Notes: generated by a model from the letters alone, not told the origin. A stretch of 64,000 bases of DNA from Candidatus Dadabacteria bacterium (GCA_963805855.1 CAWDVW010000007.1:160001-224000); one strand, 5' to 3'; positions 40,516 through 51,521 are shown, counted from the stretch's first letter. Numbers and translations: made by a program.

Positions 40516-41883
40516 ATGCAAATCGGTAAGGACTCGCACTTTCATCAAATTGGAGACATAGATCAGCCAATACCTGTTTCTGAGTACATTGAGTTTTTAA
40601 ATGAAAGCCTTCGGGGTTTTCATGCAAGTATTATCGGAGAGGTGGGACAGGTAAGTAAGAGTTCAAGAGGGCATGTCTACTTTTCGTTAAAGGATCAAAA
40701 AAAGGAAAGTGTCATCTATTGTGTGATATGGAAGGCTAATTATGAGCTATATGGCATCGAATTAGAAGACGGAATGGAGGTTGTTGCTACTGGTTATCCG
40801 GATATATACGAGCCGACAGGGAGGCTGACCTTTAAGGCAGATGCAATCGAACTTGTGGGTGAGGGTGCATTAAAAAAGGCGTATGAGGAATTGAAAAAGA
40901 AATTAGCAGGCGAGGGAATTTTTGATATAGGTAAGAAGAGACCTATACCAGATTATCCAAATCGAATCGGCGTCATAACATCTATCCATGGCGCAGTCAT
41001 TCATGATTTCATTAACAATCTGGGTAAGTATGGGTTCCATGTAAAGATAATGGATTCAAGGGTTGAGGGCCAGCGCGCGGTTAAGGAGCTTTTACTTTCT
41101 ATGAGGTCTTTCAGAAAGCAAGATATTGACGCACTTGTAATTATACGTGGAGGAGGCTCGCTTGAATCCCTGATGGCCTTCAACAATGAGTCTCTGGTGA
41201 GAGAGGTTTCAAGTTTTCCAGTTCCGGTGATAGCCGGAATAGGTCATCATCTGGATGTGCCTCTCGTATCACTGGCTGCGGATGCCATGGAGTCCACACC
41301 GACAGCTACGGCCAATCTGTTAAACGAGTCGTGGGAGCAGGCTGAAAATACAGTCGAAAGATATCAGAGGGATATTTTTGAACAATACAGCTATGGATTA
41401 AGGGAAACACAGATGCGATTAGAGGAGTCCATATCTGGGGTTCAGCGAGGATTGAATGTAATATTCGATTTTCATAGAGAGCTCGAGCGCGCATTAAAGA
41501 CTAGCATCGCCAAAGTCGGGTATTCAATCTTAATGGATAGAAGGTTTATAAAGAATGCTGTAGTATCGGTAAATAGGGGGTTTTTACGTTTAGTTAAGAC
41601 TTTTGAAGATTACATCATAAGCATTTGGCGGACTTCTCTGCACCCAGATTTCATATCTGAATTATCTTTTATAAACCAAAAGCTTGATTTTTTTGAAAAG
41701 ACGGTGCGCTTGAACGATCCGACTCGGCAGCTTCGTCTCGGCTACAGTATTACGAGACATAAAGGAAAGGTGGTGAGGGGTACAAGAGACGTTCAAATAG
41801 GGGCGTCTTTGAATACTCAGGTCTCAGATGGCGTGATCGATTCCATTGTTAAAGGTGTGCACAAAAATGAGCAAGAAAACTGA
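40516..41883 (+). CDS. xseA: Exodeoxyribonuclease VII large subunit
   Basis: GHVYFSLKD OB fold, IGVITS..GAVIHD, IIRGGGSLE, IAGIGH, TPTA, LRLGYS. Confidence 0.95.
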   Translation: MQIGKDSHFHQIGDIDQPIPVSEYIEFLNESLRGFHASIIGEVGQVSKSSRGHVYFSLKDQKKESVIYCVIWKANYELYGIELEDGMEVVATGYPDIYEPTGRLTFKADAIELVGEGALKKAYEELKKKLAGEGIFDIGKKRPIPDYPNRIGVITSIHGAVIHDFINNLGKYGFHVKIMDSRVEGQRAVKELLLSMRSFRKQDIDALVIIRGGGSLESLMAFNNESLVREVSSFPVPVIAGIGHHLDVPLVSLAADAMESTPTATANLLNESWEQAENTVERYQRDIFEQYSYGLRETQMRLEESISGVQRGLNVIFDFHRELERALKTSIAKVGYSILMDRRFIKNAVVSVNRGFLRLVKTFEDYIISIWRTSLHPDFISELSFINQKLDFFEKTVRLNDPTRQLRLGYSITRHKGKVVRGTRDVQIGASLNTQVSDGVIDSIVKGVHKNEQEN

Positions 41884-42139
41884 TAAAAAAGGTCTCAATA
41901 ATAATCTGAAAAGGCTTTCCGAGATAGCCGAGTGGTTTGATACACAGGAAGAGGTCGATGTTGAAGAGGGACTTGAGAAGGTGAAAGAAGCGGCAAAGCT
42001 TATAAAGCTTAGCAAAGAGCGTCTTAAAGAGATTGAGAATGAGTTTGAAGAGATCAAGAGGGAGATTGATGAAGAGATCGGGATTGAAGAAACGATTGAA
42101 GAGGGTGTGAACGAAGAGGGGGAGGAGGATGAAACATAA
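41867..42139 (+). CDS. xseB: Exodeoxyribonuclease VII small subunit with acidic tail
   Basis: Overlaps the xseA end; LKRLSEIAEWF...DVEEGLEKVKEA...L helical pattern. Confidence 0.85.
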   Translation: MSKKTDKKGLNNNLKRLSEIAEWFDTQEEVDVEEGLEKVKEAAKLIKLSKERLKEIENEFEEIKREIDEEIGIEETIEEGVNEEGEEDET

Positions 42140-42193
42140 TGCGGTAATTTAGAACAAGATATCGCTTTGGTATTGCGGGTTTTTAATTCTTCC

Positions 42194-42347
42194 TTGTCTT
42201 GATACAAAGAAGCAAACATCAAGGCATTCCAAAAATTCGCTAAAAATCATAAACTCCGACTAAAAAATTTAATCCAACCGCAACCCACAAATTTTTTTTA
42301 CGTCTTCGTTTCTGATTGTCTTAACGCAATTTTTGGAATGCCAATTA
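42194..42347. repeat. ~155-nt dispersed structured repeat, copy 2
   Basis: Homologous to 39023-39180; long stem ggcattccaaaaatt/aatttttggaatgcc. Confidence 0.85.
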
Positions 42348-42421
42348 AGATCTAAGAGGCTGTTACGACATCATTTCGCATCAACAGCGCTGAAACTCAA
42401 AAAGCCGTAAACCGTGGTTTT

Positions 42422-42874
42422 TTAGGGCTCTTTCCTGGGCTTATGGATCTGTGTTCTCTTTTCGTCAAAAATATGAATAACATCCCATCCGGTTTTTGTT
42501 AGAATAAAAGCAATCGAGCCGCGGTGGCAGCGAAACCAGAGGATCTCTGCACACATTATCGCTGTTCTTTTCTGTTTAGCTATTTTAATCAATTTATCTA
42601 ACGCCAATTTAAAGTCTTCCGAGTCCATATATTTCTCATATCCGCCCTCTCTAAAACCACCAAGTTCTTCAATCCAATAATACTGAATGCCACTTTCCGG
42701 GAGTTTAATTTCGAGATTCTTCTTATTGAACTGTGGATTTCGCCTTGAGCTAGGAAAGTGTCTGACATCGACGAGGGCTAATACGTTATGGCATCTTAAC
42801 AGCGCAACGAGTTCGTCGAGGTCTCGAGTAGAGTGCCCTATTGTAAATATTGTGCTTTGAACTTTTACGCTCAT
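42422..42874 (-). CDS. DUF488 family protein
   Basis: IFTIGHSTR, LVDVRHFPSSR, ELGG, IMCAE..WFRCHR. Confidence 0.9.
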   Translation of the reverse strand: MSVKVQSTIFTIGHSTRDLDELVALLRCHNVLALVDVRHFPSSRRNPQFNKKNLEIKLPESGIQYYWIEELGGFREGGYEKYMDSEDFKLALDKLIKIAKQKRTAIMCAEILWFRCHRGSIAFILTKTGWDVIHIFDEKRTQIHKPRKEP

Positions 42875-42959
42875 CTGACCGTTAGCTATTACTACGCTAT
42901 ATAAAACTTATAGTATATTGTTTGTCCATATCTGATAACTTATATAATAAGAGACAGGC

Positions 42960-44015
42960 ATGACTGACATCTTATCAATCGCGAAGCAATTCGACATCGG
43001 CGATGTAGACAATATAACACCTTACGGTAAAGGCAGGATTAATGAGACTTTTCTGGTAACAACATTTTCAAAAAATGGGGAGGGATCTATCGATAATAGG
43101 TATATATTGCAAAAGCTGCACCAGATTTTTACACCTGCTGTGCTGGAGGATATTGAGGTAATTACGAGTCGGTTGGAAAAAGAGGATATTGTTACGCCTA
43201 AGCTAATTCGTACTATGAAAGGAGATTTGAGTATCAATTCTGAAGGCGAGACCTGGCGTATGCTCACATATATAGGGGCCAAGACATATGAATACGGTAT
43301 CGATAATCAAATGGCAGAAAGCGCTGCCGCCTTGATTGGGAAATTTCATAACGCATTAACCGGGTTGGATTATAAGTTTCTTCATAAGATACCCAATTTT
43401 CATGATACCCGGTCGATTATGGAGAACTTAACGAGGATTAATCTGCTATATCAAAATACCGATAAGTATAAGACTCTTTCCCCACTGACTGAGGAGATAT
43501 TGATACAGTATGAAAAGATTAAGGATTCGATCAAAGGTTTGCCTGAACGTATCATACACGGGGACCTTAAGCTGAATAACATTCGATTTGATGACAGAGT
43601 TAAAAAGGCAATTGCCATTGTTGATCTCGATACATTAGGGACCGGCAAGATTGTCATAGATATTGGAGATGCGATCAGAAGCTGGTGTCATAGGTTGATA
43701 GACCTAGATGGAGAAGACGATCTATTCGATCTTGATATGTTTAGGAGTATTATGTCAGGCTACCTGAGGACCGCGGTTTTTATGACAAGAGAGGAAATTG
43801 AATCTGTTCCGGATGGTGTGGTCATGATGATGTTAGAGCTTTCCGCTAGATATATTACAGATGCTTATGAAGAATCTTATTTTAGGCTAGACTCTGAAAA
43901 ATATTCAAATCTCTTCGAGCAAAATAAAACGAAGGCATTTGCTCAGATGCGTCTCTTTAATGACTTTCAGGAGAAGATAGACAAAGTGGAAAATATTTTG
44001 ATTCGTTCGAAATAA
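42960..44015 (+). CDS. Aminoglycoside-phosphotransferase-fold kinase (N-acetylhexosamine kinase-like)
   Basis: GRINETF, IPNFHDT, RIIHGDLKLNN, VDLDT, DIGDAIRS. Confidence 0.85.
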   Translation: MTDILSIAKQFDIGDVDNITPYGKGRINETFLVTTFSKNGEGSIDNRYILQKLHQIFTPAVLEDIEVITSRLEKEDIVTPKLIRTMKGDLSINSEGETWRMLTYIGAKTYEYGIDNQMAESAAALIGKFHNALTGLDYKFLHKIPNFHDTRSIMENLTRINLLYQNTDKYKTLSPLTEEILIQYEKIKDSIKGLPERIIHGDLKLNNIRFDDRVKKAIAIVDLDTLGTGKIVIDIGDAIRSWCHRLIDLDGEDDLFDLDMFRSIMSGYLRTAVFMTREEIESVPDGVVMMMLELSARYITDAYEESYFRLDSEKYSNLFEQNKTKAFAQMRLFNDFQEKIDKVENILIRSK

Positions 44016-44121
44016 CAGAACGTGATCTTCAGATTAATTTCGAAACGCTGCCGAATCCCTTATTGAAAACATCAAGAAATCAGACATACTCAATCAGGCA
44101 AAAAAGGAGGAAGGCTGACCA

Positions 44122-45126
44122 ATGCCCGATGATAAACCGATCCTAGTTACAGGTGACCGCCCAACCGGACGCCTTCATTTAGGACACTTTGTAGGCTCAC
44201 TGTTAAATCGAATAAAGTATCAGGATGAATATAAGTGCTATTTTTTAATAGCTGATCTCCATATGCTCACTACACATTACGACCGGGTTAAAGAGGTGGA
44301 GGATAACGTTTTACAATTGGTAATTGATTGGTTGAGTGTTGGGTTGGACCCAAGCCGATCCACATTCTATGTTCAGTCACAGGTTCCCTATATAACAGAG
44401 CTCTATACAATTCTTTCAATGTTCTGTGCCGTTCCGAGGTCTCAAAGGATTCCAACGCTTAAAGAAAAGGCCCAGGACATGGGGGTGGGGGAGAACTATT
44501 CCGTAGGTTTACTCGGATATCCAATTTTGATGGCGGCAGACATATTGATGTTCAAGGCTACGAAAGTTCCGGTAGGAGAGGATCAGCTAAGCCATCTGGA
44601 ATTAACTCGTGAACTTGCGAGGAGGTTCAATTATTTGTACGGAGAATTTTTTGTAGAACCTGAGGCAATCGTTAGTGAGACTCCGCGTCTTGTTGGGACC
44701 GATGGGGATCGGAAGATGAGTAAAAGCCTCGACAATTGTATCTATCTTTCGGATGACTCGGGGACAGTCGAAAAAAGGGTCAGAAGTATGTATACGGATC
44801 CAAATCGTATAAGAGCCGATATCCCAGGTACGGTAGAGGGTAATCCCGTTTTCATTTATCATGATGCTTTTAATCCGAATAAAGAGGAAGTTGAGGATTT
44901 AAAGGCTCGCTATCGCGGAGGCAATGTCGGAGATGTAGAGGTAAAGAAAAAGCTTGCAGCTGCTATAAATAACTTGCTAGAGCCAATTCGTGAGAAGCGC
45001 AGCTACTATGAGAACCGAATGGATGAAGTCAGGGAAATTCTTCATAATGGGATTCTACGGGCAAACGAAATTGCTAAAATGAATATGGATACAATTATTA
45101 AAAAGATGGGCTTGTATCGTGCTTGA
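44122..45126 (+). CDS. trpS: Tryptophan--tRNA ligase
   Basis: [34 protein letters not shown]. Confidence 0.97.
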   Translation: MPDDKPILVTGDRPTGRLHLGHFVGSLLNRIKYQDEYKCYFLIADLHMLTTHYDRVKEVEDNVLQLVIDWLSVGLDPSRSTFYVQSQVPYITELYTILSMFCAVPRSQRIPTLKEKAQDMGVGENYSVGLLGYPILMAADILMFKATKVPVGEDQLSHLELTRELARRFNYLYGEFFVEPEAIVSETPRLVGTDGDRKMSKSLDNCIYLSDDSGTVEKRVRSMYTDPNRIRADIPGTVEGNPVFIYHDAFNPNKEEVEDLKARYRGGNVGDVEVKKKLAAAINNLLEPIREKRSYYENRMDEVREILHNGILRANEIAKMNMDTIIKKMGLYRA

Positions 45127-45326
45127 GTGGCTTCTCGGGGTCTTTACTTGATGAGACTTTGTATAAAAATTTATCTTTTGACCATTGTTAGTGCTAGGTG
45201 ATGGTATGTATCGGTTGAGGCTTGAATGTCACACTTGCTTTTTCCCTTTTGCTTGTTAGAATTACGTCGCATCCAACTCTTGTGAATCACAAATAAGACC
45301 TAAAACGGCGTTTAAAAGGAGAGAAA

Positions 45327-46685
45327 ATGGTTAAGGGAGAACGGCTTTCCAAGCCATCAAAAACATCTGATATCGAAAGTATCGATATGGAAACTATTGC
45401 TTATGAGGAGAGTAGTAGAGGAATTGATGAACCACTTCCGTTAGGTGTAGTGCCCGATTTGGAAGTGCTGCCCAAATATATGCATGCGTGGGTAATACGG
45501 AAGGAAAGGCATGGTGACCCTAAGAAATCTTTCAAAAAAGAGATAGTTCCGGTTCCCGATATTGGGCCTAACGAAGTTCTAGTCATGGTCATGGCTGCAG
45601 GGGTAAATTACAATGGTGTATGGGCTGGGCTTGGAGAACCTATCTCTGTTTTAGATATCCATAAACACGATTATCACGTTGCCGGTAGTGATGCCTCTGG
45701 AATTGTGTGGAGGGTTGGATCTAATGTTAAGAGTTGGAAACCAGGGGATGAAGTTATTTTACATTGTAACGTAGAGAGCGAGGAGCACTCCACAAGAACA
45801 GAGTCCCCATCCGACTTTATATCCTATGATCCGATGGCAAGTGCCGGGCAGAAGATCTGGGGATACGAAACTCCTGACGGCTCATTCGCTCAATTTACAA
45901 AAGTACAGGCCCAGCAGGTATTACCTAAGCCAGATCATCTTACGTGGGAAGAATCTGCCTCATATGGTTTATGCTATTTTACCGCTTATAGAATGCTTAT
46001 TACGCAGGCTAAGCTGCAGCCAAGCGAGGTAGCGTTGATTTGGGGTGGAGCAGGCGGCCTGGGAGTATTTGCTATACAGATTTGTAGGATGCTCGGCGCC
46101 GACGCGATCGCGGTAGTGTCGTCAAAGGACAAAAAGGAACTCTGTATGGAGCTTGGTGCAAAAGGAGTAATAAACAGGCTTGATTTCCCTCATCTGATGT
46201 ATAAACATGGCGAAACCCCTGAAGAGCACGCGAATAGATTTAACGATATGAAACGCTTCGGGCGCGCTATTTGGGACATACTTGGAGAGAGGAGGAACCC
46301 GAACGTTGTTTTTGAGCACGTTGGAGAGGCAACATTTCCGACAAGCGTTTTTGTATGCAGCAGGTTTGGTCGAATTGTTATCTGCGCCGGTACTACGGGT
46401 TATAACCTGATGTTTGATGTAAGACATCTATGGATGCATCAGAAAAGGATAATCGGGTCTCATTTTGCCAATGCTTTAGAGTGCCTGCGAGCCAACGATT
46501 TGGTAACGAAGGGCATTATAAAGCCGGTGATTTCCGAAACTCTAACGTACGATGATATTCCCAGGGCACACCAGCTGATGTATGACAATAAGCATTCGGG
46601 CAAGATGGGGGTGCTGGTACAAGCAAGAAGGAAGGGGATGACAAACACGAAGGATGCGGTTAAAGCTCTTAAAAGTGTTTCTTGA
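45327..46685 (+). CDS. ccr: Crotonyl-CoA carboxylase/reductase
   Basis: MAAGVNYNGVWA, YHVAGSDASG, IWGYETPDGSFAQF, WGGAGGLG, FEHVG, CAGTTGY, LWMHQKRIIGSHFAN. Confidence 0.9.
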   Translation: MVKGERLSKPSKTSDIESIDMETIAYEESSRGIDEPLPLGVVPDLEVLPKYMHAWVIRKERHGDPKKSFKKEIVPVPDIGPNEVLVMVMAAGVNYNGVWAGLGEPISVLDIHKHDYHVAGSDASGIVWRVGSNVKSWKPGDEVILHCNVESEEHSTRTESPSDFISYDPMASAGQKIWGYETPDGSFAQFTKVQAQQVLPKPDHLTWEESASYGLCYFTAYRMLITQAKLQPSEVALIWGGAGGLGVFAIQICRMLGADAIAVVSSKDKKELCMELGAKGVINRLDFPHLMYKHGETPEEHANRFNDMKRFGRAIWDILGERRNPNVVFEHVGEATFPTSVFVCSRFGRIVICAGTTGYNLMFDVRHLWMHQKRIIGSHFANALECLRANDLVTKGIIKPVISETLTYDDIPRAHQLMYDNKHSGKMGVLVQARRKGMTNTKDAVKALKSVS

Positions 46686-46708
46686 TTGTTTGTGTTTTGG
46701 ACTATTCG

Positions 46709-47374
46709 TTAATTCCCGAGATAGGTTGTATTAATGTAACTGCCTTTCAGTTTCTCTTTTATTTTGACCAATAATACCGTCTCTATATAATTATTTGATT
46801 TGACCTCTCCCGCAAAATTTGCGGAATCTAAATATGGCCTGATAACATAATCAATATCGACCTTAGTTTTAGTGTTAGATAAACTGGTTACTTTTATTCT
46901 CATGATTTCCTGTGAAAATACAGGCCTGTGAGCATTGGAGTTGATATCATAAAATGCAACTTTGTTAAGGTAATCATCGATATCTGGAAAACTCTGAATG
47001 TCCCCGGTTGGCCATGTAAATGTCCTGATGATATTGCCCGACTTTTTATACACGTAAGCCTCTTTCAAAACTATTTCACCGGTCTTTTCGTCCACAAAAG
47101 CCGCGGGCCATTTTATCCACTGAACTCCTTCTAGTGTCGCGAACCACACATCTGTGAATGATGCATTAAATACATTATCCTCTTCGACTGTTTCTTCTTT
47201 ACCTGGTAAGGACGGCTTTTTTTCTTTAGTTGCAGGCGGGACTGTTCTTTCGGTTTTACGTTCATATTTTCTAGTTTGAGTACCTTTATCTGGCTTAACA
47301 TCTCTATAGGGATAAAAGGTGCTGCAACTCGCAATTAAGCAAATCATGGCGACTATGAGAATTATCTTGCCCAT
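46709..47374 (-). CDS. Hypothetical lipoprotein
   Basis: IASC lipobox, Lys/Pro linker, FNASFTDVW-type globular domain. Confidence 0.7.
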   Translation of the reverse strand: MGKIILIVAMICLIASCSTFYPYRDVKPDKGTQTRKYERKTERTVPPATKEKKPSLPGKEETVEEDNVFNASFTDVWFATLEGVQWIKWPAAFVDEKTGEIVLKEAYVYKKSGNIIRTFTWPTGDIQSFPDIDDYLNKVAFYDINSNAHRPVFSQEIMRIKVTSLSNTKTKVDIDYVIRPYLDSANFAGEVKSNNYIETVLLVKIKEKLKGSYINTTYLGN

Positions 47375-47526
47375 TTTATGTATCCCAACCTTAATTTAAT
47401 ATCTTATCACAAATAAATCTATACTTTAATTCTTTTGATTTCACGGAGAATCTTAATTATTATTCTGGGTGAGTTTTATGTTACAAAACGTTTGTATTAT
47501 CTGAGTAAAAAGTAGGTGTCCAAAAG

Positions 47527-48519
47527 CTGAAGAATTTCATTTTCCTTCAAATACTGATTGTCGTCTTTCTTATTTCGTGTGCCCAACAGTATGGAAAAAC
47601 CATAACAGATCAGGACTCTTTTACACTATTTCCGATTGAGATTGATGGAAAATGGGGATATATAGACAGAAGGGGAGGAAGAATAATAAGTGCAAAATAT
47701 GAAGGGGCATTTAAGTTTTCAGACGGAAGAGCGCTGGTGAAGTCAGATGGCAAGTGGGGTTACATAAATCGTTGGGAGGTTTTTGCCGTTAAGCCGGAGT
47801 TTATTGAAGCACACGAGTTTTCTGAAGGACTTGCCCATGTAAAGATAGGGGATAGCTATGGATATATAAATAAGTCAGGAAATTTCGTCATCGAACCGAG
47901 ATTCGAAGCCGCTTCTAACTTCTCTGAAGGTTTAGCAAGTGTTAAGATCAATGGCTGGTGGGGTTATATAGATAAGGACGGCTATATGGTAATACCTTCT
48001 AATTTCGGTGAGGCTTACAGCTTTTCTGGTGGATTGGCTTTAGTCGTGATAGACGGGAAGGGTGGATACATCGATAGGACTGGTAATGTCGCAATAGATC
48101 CAATATACGATTGGGCGGAGGGGTTTTCGGAGGGCCTTGCCTGTGTCAAATCAGACGGGAAGTACGTTTATATCGGCCAAACGGGCAAGGTGATAATCGA
48201 TCCGAGTGTCGAAGAAGCAAGGCACTTCTCAGAAGGATTTGCCGTTGTAATAAATGGAGGTAAGCAGGGATTTATTGATAAGAACGGTAAAATAGTTATA
48301 GAGCCGGTGTACCAAAAGGTCGGGGATTTTTCGGAGGGACTTGCTTCGGTGTTAATTGACGGGAAATGGGGGTATATTGACAAAACAGGGCAAATCGAAA
48401 TAACGCCACAATTCAAAACGGCAATAAAATTCGACGGTGGATTAGCATTGGTAGAAATTGATGATAAGACTTGGGGTTATATAGATAGAAATGGAACATT
48501 TGTTTGGAGATCGAAATAA
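47527..48519 (+). CDS. WG-repeat (KWG) lipoprotein
   Basis: Repeated FSEGLA.V..GKWGYID; the frame is open upstream of the ORF-track start (47737) and encodes a further repeat plus an LISC lipobox signal; start uncertain (CTG 47527, or GTG 47516 with an indel). Confidence 0.85.
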   Translation: MKNFIFLQILIVVFLISCAQQYGKTITDQDSFTLFPIEIDGKWGYIDRRGGRIISAKYEGAFKFSDGRALVKSDGKWGYINRWEVFAVKPEFIEAHEFSEGLAHVKIGDSYGYINKSGNFVIEPRFEAASNFSEGLASVKINGWWGYIDKDGYMVIPSNFGEAYSFSGGLALVVIDGKGGYIDRTGNVAIDPIYDWAEGFSEGLACVKSDGKYVYIGQTGKVIIDPSVEEARHFSEGFAVVINGGKQGFIDKNGKIVIEPVYQKVGDFSEGLASVLIDGKWGYIDKTGQIEITPQFKTAIKFDGGLALVEIDDKTWGYIDRNGTFVWRSK

Positions 48520-48627
48520 TTCGGCTTTCCATTGGGTTGGTGATTATCTATTGCATCCGCAAAAGTCAATCTTAGATATTGCTTAGAATTCGGAGGCCTT
48601 CGGTATTATTTATCTTAAATCATTAAC

Positions 48628-49533
48628 TTAAAACGAAGAAGGATTTTCGGGAATAGAAGTTTCTCGCTTAACACTTCTTTGTGTATAGAAAAGCCACGTT
48701 GTCGATATCAGTATGAGTGAAATTCCGAGAAGTGTAGTTAGTCTAAAGGAATGTTGCCAGAAAATGAGATCATAAGAAGCCGCAAATCCGACTTTTACAT
48801 AACCTGCGGCCGCAATTCTTGGGGCTTTATCGAGTGCAAAGGCTTTGGTCATTCCAAGCTGCCCGATAGTTCCTAAAACCCCTACCCCTAAGAGCATAAT
48901 CACGATCTTCGGGTTTCCCAAGACTGCGAGATTAACATCATTTTTGAATAATACCAACGATAAAAACGCTATAAGTGTAGCGGTTCCTGAGAAGTGGGTA
49001 ACAATAACGCGCGGATCGATATCCCGAAGTAGCCTAAGGCAAATCATTACCACTGCTCCAGCAAATGCTGCTAGGAGCGCGATTAATACAGCATAATTTC
49101 TGCTACTAAAATATGGCTGTTCCAACAGTATCACCCCGAACATGCTGAGAATCAGGATCACCCATAATCTACCGCTTGAGCGCTCCCCGATTATGTATCC
49201 TGCTATCAATGTGACCAGGATTGGCCGCGTTTCTGTTATGACGGCAACATCTGAAATCGGCAGGTGTGTGAGGGCATAGAACGTACAAAGCATCGCAGCG
49301 CTGCCCATCATACTTCTCAACCACAGAAGGGGTTTGTTGAATAGGAATGGCATTAGCGTCGCCCGGGCTGCCAGGTAGGATGCTAATACGAACGAAAGCA
49401 GCATCCTAAAAAGTGCTATAAGCATCCAATCGCATTGCTTGCCTAGGGCGAAAGTAAGAGCACCCATCGAGGCAAATGAAAAACCTCCAATGACCATCCA
49501 AAACATTCCATGATAGTCGGCGCTATTCTTCAT
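48628..49533 (-). CDS. DMT/EamA family transporter
   Basis: Ten hydrophobic segments in two EamA repeats; FYALTHLP, GQLGMTKAF. Confidence 0.88.
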   Translation of the reverse strand: MKNSADYHGMFWMVIGGFSFASMGALTFALGKQCDWMLIALFRMLLSFVLASYLAARATLMPFLFNKPLLWLRSMMGSAAMLCTFYALTHLPISDVAVITETRPILVTLIAGYIIGERSSGRLWVILILSMFGVILLEQPYFSSRNYAVLIALLAAFAGAVVMICLRLLRDIDPRVIVTHFSGTATLIAFLSLVLFKNDVNLAVLGNPKIVIMLLGVGVLGTIGQLGMTKAFALDKAPRIAAAGYVKVGFAASYDLIFWQHSFRLTTLLGISLILISTTWLFYTQRSVKRETSIPENPSSF

Positions 49534-49789
49534 CCGGTATATTAATTGATTAATGAAGATCATTTATTTAATTATAGTGACACGATGCGGTATGTTAGAG
49601 TTGAATTTTAAAAAGGTTATTTGTCAAAATGAATTAGACTTAGAAATGCAATATGTCGCGCGTCTCAGGCCATAAAGTCCTGTATTGTTGGATATTAGAT
49701 TTCTCTAAAATAATATTTCTAGGGCAATTAAAGAACCGTCCATCCTGATAAATCCCCCATTCGCAGTGCCTTTTTAGCAACCGGAATAT

Positions 49790-50593
49790 TTAGGTTGCAC
49801 TAAAATCATATTCAAGTAGGAAGTTCAAAACTATTCTGTTAAACTCCTCTGGTTTTTCTATTGAAGGGGCATGCCCGGACCCCTTAATTATAGCAAGCCT
49901 AGACCCTTTGATTCCTTCATTAAGCAATTTAGAGTACTTCATCGGAATAAGGATGTCCTCTTCTCCGACGATGATCAGTGTTGGGGCTTTAATTTCTGAA
50001 AGTCTGTCGTTCGTGTTGTGCTTCAGGCAGCCGTGAGCAAGGTTTATAATAGCGTTCGCGGGGTTAATTTCTGAGCTCACATTTTTCATTTGCGCCAGGA
50101 TCTCTTTATTTTGTTTTATGAAATCTTCAGAAAATATAAATGGTATGGAAACATCATACCTAAATTCGCTTCCACCAATCTCTGTCGCTTTTATCCAGAG
50201 TGTAATGATTGAATCAAGAAGCGTGTCAATGTAACTGCAGGTATCAACGAGCACTAACGCACCTACCTTTTCCGGGAAATTTAGGGCAAAATGCTGGGCA
50301 ATCATACCGCCATTCGAAAGACCTACTACATGCGCCTTCTGAATATCGAGTTTATCCATGAGATTCTTTAGATCCTCTGCGTGCATAGGTTGGGAATATT
50401 CCATATCCGGTTTGTCAGATTTTCCCTGTCCTCTGCAGTCGTATCTCAGGACTTTGTGTATTTTTGAGAATTCTTGCACCTGGAAGTACCAGCCATTTAT
50501 ATCCATCGTTAGTCCATTGATGAATACTACTACGGAACCGTTTCCTTCGAGTTCGTAATTTAGATTAATCGAATTTACACTTAGCCTAGGCAT
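49790..50593 (-). CDS. Alpha/beta hydrolase (enol-lactonase-like)
   Basis: YDCRGQGKSD, GLSNGG, GEED, SGH. Confidence 0.9.
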   Translation of the reverse strand: MPRLSVNSINLNYELEGNGSVVVFINGLTMDINGWYFQVQEFSKIHKVLRYDCRGQGKSDKPDMEYSQPMHAEDLKNLMDKLDIQKAHVVGLSNGGMIAQHFALNFPEKVGALVLVDTCSYIDTLLDSIITLWIKATEIGGSEFRYDVSIPFIFSEDFIKQNKEILAQMKNVSSEINPANAIINLAHGCLKHNTNDRLSEIKAPTLIIVGEEDILIPMKYSKLLNEGIKGSRLAIIKGSGHAPSIEKPEEFNRIVLNFLLEYDFSAT

Positions 50594-50675
50594 GGTTCCC
50601 CTTTGTCATTTGGATATTTTATGAGGATCTTCAGGCAACTAATTTTGTGTAGACACGTGAAAGATAACGATACAT

Positions 50676-51521
50676 TTATGGTAACTTGCCTCTTATTTTG
50701 CGATTCCAGGAGGTATCTATTTCTGATAGCAGCCCTGTTAAGTCATTTATTACGTAATCTGGGATAAGATCGCCGCTATAAAGATCCGCCTCTTTTGTGG
50801 AGCCACTGAGCACAAGAATAGTTTTGATACCTGCTCTTTTGCCTCCAATTATATCGGAGTCCAGTCTGTCCCCGATCACCCCGGTCCTCTCTTTTGGACC
50901 TAAGTGCTTTCTTGTCATTGCCACTTCGAATATTATCTTCTCCGGTTTTCCGCCAATAATTGCTTTTTGTCCTGATGCAACCTCAATTGAGGCAAGCAAT
51001 GCACCTGTTGCAGGAACTAAGCCTTCCTCCGTGGGTATATATGGATCTCGGCTTGTTGCGTAGAAGTATGCACCATTCCTGATTGCAAGGGATGATATTT
51101 TAATTTCCTCATAATGAAAACCCGGGTGGCCGCCAATTATCACGAAATCAGCACCTTTGGCCTCCTCGCCCGCAACGAGTTCGAGGCCTGTCGTCTTGAT
51201 TTCGTCTTTTAGCGCCTTGCTACCAACTACGTAGGCTTTTCTATGTCTTACATCTTTGTGTTTTGACTTTATGTAATATGCTATTGCCGCACATGAAGTT
51301 ATTATATCCTGCGGTTTGGCCGGGAAACCAAATTTGTTTAGTTTTTCTGAATAATCATCAACCGAACTTCTCGGATCATTTGTGAGAAATATCAAAGTTT
51401 TGCGAAGGTCTTTCAAAATTAGGAGGGTTTCTATCGAGCCAGAAATAGGTTTTTCGCCGATATAGACAACTCCATCTAAATCTACAAGAAAGTGGTCAAA
51501 TTTATCAGAGAGTTTCATCAA
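50676..51521 (-). CDS. HAD-IIA hydrolase (NagD-like)
   Basis: DLDGVVY, FLTND, GKP, IGDRLDSDI, LVLSG. Confidence 0.92.
   Translation of the reverse strand: MMKLSDKFDHFLVDLDGVVYIGEKPISGSIETLLILKDLRKTLIFLTNDPRSSVDDYSEKLNKFGFPAKPQDIITSCAAIAYYIKSKHKDVRHRKAYVVGSKALKDEIKTTGLELVAGEEAKGADFVIIGGHPGFHYEEIKISSLAIRNGAYFYATSRDPYIPTEEGLVPATGALLASIEVASGQKAIIGGKPEKIIFEVAMTRKHLGPKERTGVIGDRLDSDIIGGKRAGIKTILVLSGSTKEADLYSGDLIPDYVINDLTGLLSEIDTSWNRKIRGKLP

Noticed and set aside
47641-48519. Periodic repeats as a possible CRISPR array
   Set aside because: The repeats are protein-level WG repeats with synonymous variation, not identical DNA repeats with spacers.
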